A stretch of 64,000 bases of DNA from Candidatus Dormiibacterota bacterium (GCA_035602385.1 DATNME010000008.1:19441-83440); one strand, 5' to 3'. Shown: positions 49,318-57,727, numbered from the stretch's first letter. The notes: a model not told the origin generated them from the letters alone. Program-made: numbers and translations.

Positions 49318-51717
49318 CTACTGCGATAAAACTGGGTTCACTTCCCAGCGAACTGTTGGGCGACCACCCTGTGGACCTGCGGGAATAAGTGTCTGGCGTA
49401 CCCACTTCTTGTCTTCTAGATTCTCCAAAGCAAATTCGACGAATTCTGGTTTCGACAACCCACGCCAGCATTTTCGTTTCACATCTCGAATGCTGAAAGT
49501 GTTTTGCAAATCTCGTTCTTTCATACGTTTCGCCAAGGCAGTCTCAGCCTTTTTAATCGGGTCTTGTATGCAACCGTAGACTCGAATCATGTGGCTTTCG
49601 AGATACTGAAGAAACCGGACGGCTTTCTGGAGATGCGCCTTGTCGATGCGATGGTGGCCGCTCAAGACCGTTACAACCGGGTTGATCGTTTTCTCGCCAG
49701 TATCGAGATTGACGCCCGTGACAGCCAGTCTCCCGGCCGCGTCGAGCAAATCGATAAGTTGAAAGAGCCCGGCAATCTTTGGCAGCGCCCCTTTATATTT
49801 CGCTAAATGCGAGCACATACCTGAGTTTTCTGATTTTCTGATTTTCTTGTTTAGTTCAACGAACCAATCGTCGAAGAGTTTTTGTGCCTCTTGATCGAAG
49901 TGCAGCGAGATCGACTCTGGTGGCATCTCGGCGAGAATGTAAACGATGTTTCGAAATTGTGTCTTGGCGTAGTTGTCCGCCAGCCTGTCAATTATCGGAA
50001 GTTCGATTTCGTCCGGCCACACCAGCAACGGGAAGCGTGGAATCGTACCGTCATCAATGTTGACTGAGTCGTTGAGGAAAGCCTTCAACAGTTCGGGTTG
50101 GAATCCACCAAAAACCGTAGCGCACATTAACGCGAACCCGCCTTCGCGCCCGATACGATCAACCGAATACGCATCGTTGCCGTTCATCGCAGCCAAGAAC
50201 AAACCGCGTTGAACTTCACGCCCTTCTTTATCCAATTCCGCGACCCAGCTCGACAACTCATCCCTGTAATAAAATAGGCCGGTCGGATTGGTCCGCATTA
50301 CGTCGTGCATCTTCTCGGGCGTAGCGTCGTTTAACATCAGACGCTGACACTCTGGCTTCACGGGCTCCGGTGCGCCGGAGTCTTCGTTCCAATTTTCTAT
50401 CTCGGTCTCGTATTTTTTCATCAAGACTTGATGCACCTTGCGCCAATCTGATTCCTTCTCGATGACGGGATTAATAAAAGTCTTCCATGTCGGAGTCTTT
50501 ATTTTTCCAGAAGCCGCAACAACGGCCCCGGAGAGACATATGGATTCCTTCCACTCTTTGTCGTTAGCTTTGGGATAAACGAATGCGCGACGGCCAGTGA
50601 CTCCAGCTAATACCGCTAATGCGCAGATACCGGCGAAGTCCATCGGCACAGCCATGCGTTCGCTGACATCTTTTACCCACGCCTTGATGCCGTCGGGCAA
50701 AAATTCCGCGTCAAACGGTTCGACCGGCGACAGTTCGCTGTCTATTGGCTCTGGCACGCCCCAGTCTGGTTGAGCGGCGGCATCAACCGAGGGTTTTTGA
50801 AGAAATTCGATGTCCCTGTTAACCACGGGATAGCGGCAAATCGAATGCGCAATCTTGCGGCACATCTCTTTGTAATCACCGCCATAATTTTCGCAGCGCT
50901 TCTCGCACACTTCGACCAGTGCGTTGTAGGTCGCCTCTTCCTCCATCCCGATGTTACGGAGCTTACCGGCGATTCGGGCAAGAGTGTCATCATGCTGGTG
51001 GTAAGGAATCTTCGCGCCGTTTGGAGAAACGTCAACGTCTATCTTAGCCGCATGCTTGGTGAGTTCCGCCACGCGATCATCCGGCGTCGGTGCAATCGGG
51101 CTGTTATCGATAATCTGATAAAGGGCTCCACTGGGATGCACAGATTTGTCCCAGATTACGTATCCGCCCGTGCTTTTGATCTCGCCAATATGATTGCCGG
51201 TCTCGTCGTACATTCTTTTCGATGGACGAGCGCCACGGGTGTAGACATGAACGCCTTTGGCCGTTTGAACTTTTAGTGTCTTAAAAGTTTCGACCCAACT
51301 CGGAATACTTTCCTTGTGATCAAAATCAAATACGCAAACATCGGACGAACCGCAGTCGACGCCAATATTAGCTTTCGGTTTTCGGGTCCAGATGTAGTTG
51401 ACCTTCTCGCGGTCATTCGTAGAAGAGCGAAATCCGTTCGGAGACTCTTCGGAATCAGGCTCCTTGACCCGCTCGCCTAATGCAAATACGTGGAGACCGA
51501 AATCGAGCGCGAATAAAGCGCTGGTCTTGAGAGTTTGCTTCTGCTCTGCTTCGAGGTCAGCGTGGGCTTGCGTCAGATAACGGTCAGCATCTTCACTGGT
51601 CATACCGAGGTTATCAATCAGTCGCGATTTCAGTTCGGCGTCTGTGTCGCCCGTGCTGATGTATTGTTTCAAGGCGTCGATAACGTCGACGCGAAGTTCT
51701 TGAGCCGAAGCGATCAC
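49318..51717 (-). CDS. Bifunctional primase-polymerase (Prim-Pol) + PriCT + DUF3987 helicase-like replicase
   Basis: NIGVDCG...VFDFD, QTAKGVHVY; PriCT-like DDTLARIAGKLR; NDATPEKM...YRDELSSW; C-terminal GRPTVRWEVNP. Confidence 0.88.
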   Translation of the reverse strand: MIASAQELRVDVIDALKQYISTGDTDAELKSRLIDNLGMTSEDADRYLTQAHADLEAEQKQTLKTSALFALDFGLHVFALGERVKEPDSEESPNGFRSSTNDREKVNYIWTRKPKANIGVDCGSSDVCVFDFDHKESIPSWVETFKTLKVQTAKGVHVYTRGARPSKRMYDETGNHIGEIKSTGGYVIWDKSVHPSGALYQIIDNSPIAPTPDDRVAELTKHAAKIDVDVSPNGAKIPYHQHDDTLARIAGKLRNIGMEEEATYNALVEVCEKRCENYGGDYKEMCRKIAHSICRYPVVNRDIEFLQKPSVDAAAQPDWGVPEPIDSELSPVEPFDAEFLPDGIKAWVKDVSERMAVPMDFAGICALAVLAGVTGRRAFVYPKANDKEWKESICLSGAVVAASGKIKTPTWKTFINPVIEKESDWRKVHQVLMKKYETEIENWNEDSGAPEPVKPECQRLMLNDATPEKMHDVMRTNPTGLFYYRDELSSWVAELDKEGREVQRGLFLAAMNGNDAYSVDRIGREGGFALMCATVFGGFQPELLKAFLNDSVNIDDGTIPRFPLLVWPDEIELPIIDRLADNYAKTQFRNIVYILAEMPPESISLHFDQEAQKLFDDWFVELNKKIRKSENSGMCSHLAKYKGALPKIAGLFQLIDLLDAAGRLAVTGVNLDTGEKTINPVVTVLSGHHRIDKAHLQKAVRFLQYLESHMIRVYGCIQDPIKKAETALAKRMKERDLQNTFSIRDVKRKCWRGLSKPEFVEFALENLEDKKWVRQTLIPAGPQGGRPTVRWEVNPVLSQ

Positions 51718-52031
51718 TGCGCACCAGCCAGTGCGTTCGTTGCGCCGACCAACGTCGGGTTTTGAACGAACAGCTCAACATCGATGGCATGTCGGAAATT
51801 GCCCGGACTCGGCGGAACTTCGGAGGCGCGGAAGCGCACGAACATGCCGACCTGAATATTTGTTATATCGACTTCTGAAATGATGAGTCTGGCGATGTGA
51901 AAGAAATATTTTTCGACCGCCATCGTCACATTATTTCTTGTGAAAAGCACACCGCACGTTTTGGCGGGATTGTACGAGCCGACCAAACCTTCTAGCTTCT
52001 CGTTGCTTGTCGCGTTGCTTGTTGTGGTCAT
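51714..52031 (-). CDS. Divergent cold-shock-domain-like protein
   Basis: GLVGSYNPAKTCGVLF...KYFFHI...IQVGMFVRF...AIDVE; ATGA coupling to the primase gene. Confidence 0.65.
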   Translation of the reverse strand: MTTTSNATSNEKLEGLVGSYNPAKTCGVLFTRNNVTMAVEKYFFHIARLIISEVDITNIQVGMFVRFRASEVPPSPGNFRHAIDVELFVQNPTLVGATNALAGAQ

Positions 52032-52158
52032 TGTTAATCTCGACCCCGATTGGGGTTACTACGAGCAACGGCTTTGCCGCTGCTTTTTATTCACCTGCTT
52101 TCTCTTTGGCTTTTCCCAATTGTTGGCGTGATTCTCAGCCGATGCGGGGTTGTGCCAC

Positions 52159-52602
52159 TTACGATTTAAGACTTTGCTCACTGATAGCTTTACGACGTGC
52201 TATTTCTTCGCGCTCGTGTTTAATTTCCAGTTCAAGCCGGAGTTGATGTTCATTCCATGAATTCCGAGCTTCCTTGAATCGGTCAGTGGGAGGAAACTTG
52301 ACTTCGAGTTTTTCGAATTGCTTCGGGTCGATAACGAGCGGACGTGTCGTTAGACGGCCCATCAGCAAAGCGGCCATAAATGCGTAATCAGAGATGGGCC
52401 TTCCGATGAATTGTTCCGCCTCTGTTTTCAAACTTGACGCTGAAATAAAATGATGCCTGCCGTGATTGCGGCACCGACCATGACACTCTTCAATGAAACT
52501 ACGGGCAAGTACGACAGATTCCCAAACGGACAGGGGCTCTGGTCGTGGGACACCGGACAACTTGGGCATCACGCGCTCAACATCACGAAGGTCTGGATAC
52601 AT
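52159..52602 (-). CDS. Hypothetical protein
   Basis: ORF in the operon; C-terminal coiled coil. Confidence 0.55.
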   Translation of the reverse strand: MYPDLRDVERVMPKLSGVPRPEPLSVWESVVLARSFIEECHGRCRNHGRHHFISASSLKTEAEQFIGRPISDYAFMAALLMGRLTTRPLVIDPKQFEKLEVKFPPTDRFKEARNSWNEHQLRLELEIKHEREEIARRKAISEQSLKS

Positions 52603-52721
52603 TGTTGTTGTCCTCGATGAACTTCTGAATATCGATATCCATTCTCTCGGCAACAGCTTGGACGCCATAAGCAGCGGTGATAACAACCAACTCACGTGGC
52701 GTGCAGCGAGATAAAATTTCT

Positions 52722-53084
52722 TTAGTCCAATACTTCGACATTTGTTTGTCCTGTTCTACTATCATGTGCGCTCTTGTCCACGGCTAAAGATTCTCGAAGG
52801 TGCTTTGTGTCGTACTCTACCGCTTGTTTGAAAAGCCTGCGGATACGTAACTGTTCCTTTACATTTTCTGAATCCGACCAAGCTGGTGCGATTGGAGACG
52901 TTTGTTTTAATTCCGCCATCTCGTCAAGGATGGCAACTAATTTATCGATGATGTTCGGGTCCAGCGATTTTTCGTTTTTCAGAAATTGGGTCAACCGAGT
53001 TCGGCCGATAACGCCCGCGATTGGGACAAATAAACTCAGAGGGCAGGCGAGGTCTTGAAGTTTCTTATCGATAATATGCGCCAA
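52722..53084 (-). CDS. XRE-like HTH regulator (paralog 2)
   Basis: RBS GGAGG with TTG start; aligns by eye to 53128-53493. Confidence 0.55.
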   Translation of the reverse strand: MAHIIDKKLQDLACPLSLFVPIAGVIGRTRLTQFLKNEKSLDPNIIDKLVAILDEMAELKQTSPIAPAWSDSENVKEQLRIRRLFKQAVEYDTKHLRESLAVDKSAHDSRTGQTNVEVLD

Positions 53085-53127
53085 TGATTCCTCCGGCTGT
53101 TCGTCTCTTGACGAAGTGTTGCTACCG

Positions 53128-53493
53128 TCATTCCGATTCTTTCTTCCACAATTTTGGATAGTGCCGTCTTAGATATTTTAATTCCTCTCTGATTTTGAAA
53201 TTTGCGCTGACCACCTGCGTAAGGCGTAGAAAAGACTTAAACTTCCCCGCCCGAAATCGCTCCAGTGCAACCGCCAGAAGTTTTGCGTCATGTAGCCCCA
53301 ACGGAATTGGAAAACACTTCTTGAGGTCTTCCAATTCTTGGAGCACAACATCCAGCCGCTTGGCGTCAGGTACTTCTTTGCGACCTTTAAGGAAATTAGA
53401 AAAGGCGGGGGCGGAGATGCCGACCAAAGCAGCAAATTCACCATTCTTGATTCCGAGTTTTTGCACCCTTTGCTTGATGTGTTCATGGAACAT
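53128..53493 (-). CDS. XRE-family HTH regulator (paralog 1)
   Basis: KLGIKNGEFAALVGISAPAFSNFLKG. Confidence 0.8.
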   Translation of the reverse strand: MFHEHIKQRVQKLGIKNGEFAALVGISAPAFSNFLKGRKEVPDAKRLDVVLQELEDLKKCFPIPLGLHDAKLLAVALERFRAGKFKSFLRLTQVVSANFKIREELKYLRRHYPKLWKKESE

Positions 53494-53947
53494 TTGTTCG
53501 CCCCCGATAATAAAAAATTATTATTCCGAATAGTGTTTGAGCCCCCGACCCACCGACCTGCCCGAACTCATGTTCACGAGTTTTAAGCAAAAAATTTTGG
53601 TGAAGATAGAACGGAATTACTCACGTTCCGCCTTCACCAAGGAAGCGAAAAATTTGCGGTCTGGTTTAGTGTGCTTCCCTCATTGTCTGGATTCGCCGTA
53701 TCACTCAAGCGACCCGACAATTAAAAGTTGAACTTTCAAAATCGAATAGGGAGGGGTCGATTCCGCTCTCCTGCTGTACTCCCATAGCGGTTTAGATTAC
53801 GGCACTGATTTTCAATTACATGACAATAAAGGTACTTAGGAGCATTTTTCGACTCAAACGAGGTCGAAGGCTAGTCACTTGAGGAGGATTACCCCCCTCA
53901 TAGGCTCATGGTAAAGTACAGCACTAATTTAACCCTCGGGTCGAGAT

Positions 53948-54087
53948 TAGTCTTCCCAAAGATGTTTAAGTGTGGTCGTTATTTTAATCTGCGGTGGTTT
54001 GCGGAGAGGAATCCTCTCCCATTGGTGGTGCTTATGCGCTGGGCTCGCGACTAGTCTTCCCAAAGATGTTTAAGTGGGGTCGTTATT
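53948..54087. repeat. 36-bp direct repeat pair (one mismatch) in a non-coding mosaic repeat region
   Basis: TAGTCTTCCCAAAGATGTTTAAGTG(T/G)GGTCGTTATT at 53948-53983 and 54052-54087. Confidence 0.92.
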
Positions 54088-54181
54088 AGTCTGTGCGCGA
54101 CTACCACTCCCATTAGTCCATGGCAAACTACAGCACTAGTTTATGCGACGGGCGTCACTTGGGTCGAGAGCGGGGGTCGGT

Positions 54182-54358
54182 TTACTGGATGGATTCTGGT
54201 CGTGCCGGGACGCCCCAGTATTCCAAAATCGTCGCCGCTGATTCTTCCACCAGCTGGGCACGTAGAATTTTTTGTTCGAGGTCGCTGAGCGTACGAATTG
54301 CGGTCACAGCGCGGTCCAAGGAGCGGAGCGTACCTGCGCAGTGGGTGCAACCGTTCAT
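54182..54358 (-). CDS. Small hypothetical protein (CxxC)
   Basis: MNGCTHCAG...; ATGA coupling to the GNAT gene. Confidence 0.5.
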   Translation of the reverse strand: MNGCTHCAGTLRSLDRAVTAIRTLSDLEQKILRAQLVEESAATILEYWGVPARPESIQ

Positions 54359-54813
54359 ACTCCCGCCTTGATGCAGCGTCTGCAGCGGAAGCGACCTCTG
54401 ACGCACGCCCGACCACACACATAACATCGTGGTGCCTGCTGTTCTTTCGCTGGTGATGCGTGCAATTCGTATTCGTACAACCCGGAGAGGGTCTGTGTGA
54501 CAGGCAGCGCCCTCGACAATTTCGCCCAGATGCGAGCCGCATCCGCAGTTAGTTTTTCATCACTTTGAATCTTGGTCGCGCCGATTTTACCGGCGCATTC
54601 GAATATTGCCTTGTACAGCGGCACGCCGTGACCTTGATTACGGAACGTTTTGTTCAACTCCGTTTTATGGATTTGGACGACGGCGGGTTGGTCTGGGATG
54701 ACATCGAATTCTGCGGCACCAGCGAGCACTCCATCGACGAAGAACGCCATCGTAATGCTCTGCTCTTCGGCGAACTGCTCGGGTAAAAATTTGTAAGAGT
54801 ACCTTTGGTTCAT
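54355..54813 (-). CDS. GNAT-family acetyltransferase with C-terminal zinc-finger
   Basis: FRNQGHGVPLYKAI (acetyl-CoA motif A), SDEKLTADAARIW, CYVC...CRRC. Confidence 0.72.
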   Translation of the reverse strand: MNQRYSYKFLPEQFAEEQSITMAFFVDGVLAGAAEFDVIPDQPAVVQIHKTELNKTFRNQGHGVPLYKAIFECAGKIGATKIQSDEKLTADAARIWAKLSRALPVTQTLSGLYEYELHASPAKEQQAPRCYVCGRACVRGRFRCRRCIKAGV

Positions 54814-55262
54814 GATCGGTCTTCCTTGTCGCCGGGGCTGCGCTCCTTGGGCTCGTCCGCTTTGATGTTCGTGCGCAGGTCGAACTCGGTCGGAGCATCT
54901 TTGTTCAACCGGAGACTTTGCTCCACGGATTCCCCCGTAGACTGCTGCGGTACGACCGGCTCCTTGAAACGAACCAGATTCGCTTCCACCCAAATCATTG
55001 CCGTTCGTTCGAAAGGACCCAAACCGCCGTCGCCGGGTTCCACTAATAAGTGACCGTCCCGGGCGTCCAAAATAAAAACTTCCAAAAGACCGGCGCGGTC
55101 GATGAGCTTTTTAAGTTCGCCCGGTTGCGCCGAGATAGGCGGTGTGACAGCGTCGATGGCGCGACGGATAAGCTCCGCCGTCTTGACGCCGGTACGTGCG
55201 GACTGGGCGTCGAGGCGGGCGATTAATTCATCCGTCAAAAATATGGTCGTTCTTTTCACCAT
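54810..55262 (-). CDS. Ribbon-helix-helix (CopG-like) regulator with C-terminal extension
   Basis: MVKRTTIFLTDELIARLDAQSARTGVKTAELIRRAID; RBS AGGAG. Confidence 0.85.
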   Translation of the reverse strand: MVKRTTIFLTDELIARLDAQSARTGVKTAELIRRAIDAVTPPISAQPGELKKLIDRAGLLEVFILDARDGHLLVEPGDGGLGPFERTAMIWVEANLVRFKEPVVPQQSTGESVEQSLRLNKDAPTEFDLRTNIKADEPKERSPGDKEDRS

Positions 55263-55283
55263 TTACTCCTCACTGCATACAAC

Positions 55284-55312
55284 AGCATACACACAACCCG
55301 GATGCCTGTCAA
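55284..55312 (-). promoter_or_regulatory. Sigma70 promoter of the RHH-GNAT operon
   Basis: TTGACA (55307-55312) - 17 bp - TATGCT (55284-55289). Confidence 0.8.
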
Positions 55313-55335
55313 GTCTTTTCTTTGGATTTTTGAGC

Positions 55336-55469
55336 AACGTATACACCGGCACAAACGTATACACCAGACGGCACGCCTTCCAAATCAATTTGTCCAAGCG
55401 GTGTATACACCCGGCGAAACGTATACACCTACGCTGGAGGTCCTCTCAGTCTGGGATGATGTATACACT
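55336..55469. repeat. Array of five GTATACAC boxes (operator-like)
   Basis: AACGTATACACC at 55336, 55354, 55418; GGTGTATACACC at 55400; GATGTATACACT at 55458. Confidence 0.85.
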
Positions 55470-55698
55470 AGAAGCCCTTGGGGGGCCCGTAGGAGCTGTC
55501 AAAATGGCCGAGGGTGAAATCAGGCGTACCGAGCTAGGAAGGACGCGCCAGCGGGCTGGAAAGCCGGTTGGCGGGTAGGTTGGTGGGAGTTCAGATCGGT
55601 AACGGCGGGCGTAACTTCGAAGATCGGACCTAACCGACGCAAAAATATGGTGTCAAAAGACCCGCCAATTTCACTTGAAAAAATTGCACTTTTCAAGT

Positions 55699-56077
55699 CG
55701 TACTGCCAAAACCTACCCCGTACTGACAAAACCTCGGGGCCCGCCACTCGCGGAGAGGTTCTGGAGGTTTTGTCAGTTGTCAGTGGGGGCCTCGTTTTTG
55801 AATTTATTCCTTCACAAGTAAAAAATAGGTTTTGGCAGTACGTGAAAGCGCGTTTTTTGACCTTTTTTACTAACTCGTTTATTTTGTTATAGATGATGTT
55901 TTTGATTTGATACATTCACATGGTACCCCGTACTGCCAAAACCCTAAACCCCCCCCCTCCACTTGAGGAGCCCGGTTTGGGGGGTAACTGCCAAAACCTA
56001 TTTGACTGTTTTTGGGGTCTAGAGCAGTTTTCGGGGTTTTCGAGTATTTTTGCATCGATCAGGGAGGTTTTGGCAGT
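55699..56077. repeat. Iteron-like array, putative replication origin
   Basis: Seven copies of ACTG(C/A)CAAAACC in both orientations around an AT-rich core (~55843-55925). Confidence 0.7.
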
Positions 56078-56559
56078 GTTGGTGCAAAACTAAAAATAAC
56101 CCTCCTCCAGGGTGGGCGACCGCGCCCCGACAGACCCGGGTACCCGTTTCCAGTAAATAGGTCTGGGTGTAAACAAAATGGGACGACTCGGTCGTCCGCC
56201 AAACCCCTTGGCTGGGGCGGTGTACTCCATACGTTCCCCGGGGATGTTGCTCTTCAAACTGTTTAGAACCAATGAGTTACACCGCTACGTGTTTGATCGC
56301 TCGCCTCGCGACCAGCTCGCGCAGACCCATCTAACCGGCTTGCCCCTTGCGCCGTCACAAGACCGACCATTGCAGCGTGACGATTTGTTGCAACTTCCTT
56401 GTTTTCATTGAGTTACGAGAGGTGCAAATTAACCGCGCATTAATATATTGCACCAATACAACACTTTGTTGCATTCTCGGAAATGTCTGTAAGTCGTTGA
56501 AAACAAAGGTTTCTGTGTTTGGTTACCCGATTGCTCAAAGAAATTCTTTATTTCTCTTT

Positions 56560-56865
56560 GACATTCTTTGAAAATGCCTCATTCACTCGGACAGGCGTCA
56601 CAACAGGCATACGTTCCATTTGTCCGACAGCGTAACCGAAGGTATCACATTGAGTTGTCCGACACTTGCTGTCAGGCTACGCGCCTGCAGCACCCCGCTT
56701 CAAGGCTCGCCAACAGGTCCGCATTGGCACGCACGAGCCCACCAGCGGCACGTTTCACCCGTTTTTGACTCTCACGCCCACTCACAGAATAATACACTAT
56801 CTCAAAGAATGTCCTTTTGACTCTCACGCCCACTCACAGAATAATACACTATCTCAAAGAATGTC
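56560..56865. promoter_or_regulatory. Segment bounded by 12-bp inverted repeats and containing promoter-like sites (candidate invertible switch)
   Basis: GACATTCTTTGA (56560-56571) versus TCAAAGAATGTC (56802-56813 and 56854-56865). Confidence 0.5.
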
Positions 56866-56866
56866 C
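56763..56866 (+). repeat. Perfect 52-bp tandem duplication containing TTGACT-N17-AATAAT
   Basis: TTTTGACTCTCACGCCCACTCACAGAATAATACACTATCTCAAAGAATGTCC twice. Confidence 0.92.
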
Positions 56867-56948
56867 TTGACGCGTTCATAAGATCATGAGAGCATCAAAG
56901 CAATCAGTTACTGGAAGACCAACCTCAAATTCATTTGGAGGAGAATCG

Positions 56949-57521
56949 ATGAGCGAACTGCAAGGACTGAACCCAACAGAGCGAAACAAGCTACTGGCAG
57001 CCGTCACAGACCCGCGAGACTTGGCGATCATCGTTCTCGGGCTTCGCCATGGTTTCCGTTCGAGTGAGATTGCAGACTTGAAGATGTCTGACGTTGACTT
57101 AATCAACAATCTGATTCGCATCCGCAGAGGCAAGGGTAGCGAAACAAACGACCACACGATAGAAGACGGATTGGAGGCATTGAATGAGCGTACCGTGCTC
57201 CTAAACGCGCTGGCAGCACGTCCTGTAGACAACAGCCCTTACGTCTTCGTTTCACAAAAGGGCGGCAAGCTTCATCGTTCGCAAATATTCCGTATCTTCC
57301 AGCAAGCCGCAACGAAGGCTGGATTACCCCGCCAGAAGCGCCACTATCACTGTGCAAAGCACACTGGCGCATTCAGCATGTTGAAGTCCGGCGCATCGGT
57401 TGCGGAGGTACAAAAATATTTTGGTTGGAAGAGTCTGGCAACGGTCGGAAGATACCTCGCAGTCAGCGACGAGACCGCGTGCAAAGCAGCCCGGAAGATG
57501 TTTGCCGTGGAGGCCGCATGA
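56949..57521 (+). CDS. FimB/FimE-like short tyrosine recombinase
   Basis: 190 aa, catalytic domain only; HGFRSSEI, RRGKGS, YVFVSQKG, HYHCAKHT, KYFGW, GRY; RBS GGAGGAG. Confidence 0.85.
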   Translation: MSELQGLNPTERNKLLAAVTDPRDLAIIVLGLRHGFRSSEIADLKMSDVDLINNLIRIRRGKGSETNDHTIEDGLEALNERTVLLNALAARPVDNSPYVFVSQKGGKLHRSQIFRIFQQAATKAGLPRQKRHYHCAKHTGAFSMLKSGASVAEVQKYFGWKSLATVGRYLAVSDETACKAARKMFAVEAA

Positions 57522-57727
57522 AGAAGAGTCCGAACAAAGGACAGCTAGATCAACCGAAAGGTCAGTCACAAGAACAGCGGCCGCCACGTCGCTCAACAAT
57601 CGATTTCGATGCTGAGTTGTACAACCGAATCAAGGCGATAGCAGACCGCGATGAGCGTGACTTTGGCTCGCAGGTTCGTTTCATTTGCAAGCAGTGGTTG
57701 GAACAACAGCCGAAGGAAGCAGCATGA
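57518..57727 (+). CDS. Arc/RHH-like DNA-binding protein
   Basis: RRSTIDFDAELYNRIKAIADRDERDFGSQVRFIC; ATGA coupling to the recombinase gene. Confidence 0.7.
   Translation: MKKSPNKGQLDQPKGQSQEQRPPRRSTIDFDAELYNRIKAIADRDERDFGSQVRFICKQWLEQQPKEAA

Noticed and set aside
53748-53772. GGGGTCGATTCC T-loop-like sequence as a tRNA 3' fragment
   Set aside because: Lacks the TTC of the T loop and is not followed by the complementary acceptor strand
53948-54087. 36-bp repeats as a CRISPR array
   Set aside because: Only two copies, a 68-bp spacer, no cas genes in the window and no typical repeat ends; kept as an unexplained repeat finding
56122-56131. GCGCCCCGAC match to the 3' end of tRNA-Pro as an att duplicate
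   Set aside because: Only 10 bp, GC-rich, lacks the terminal CA, and the intervening DNA is housekeeping genes
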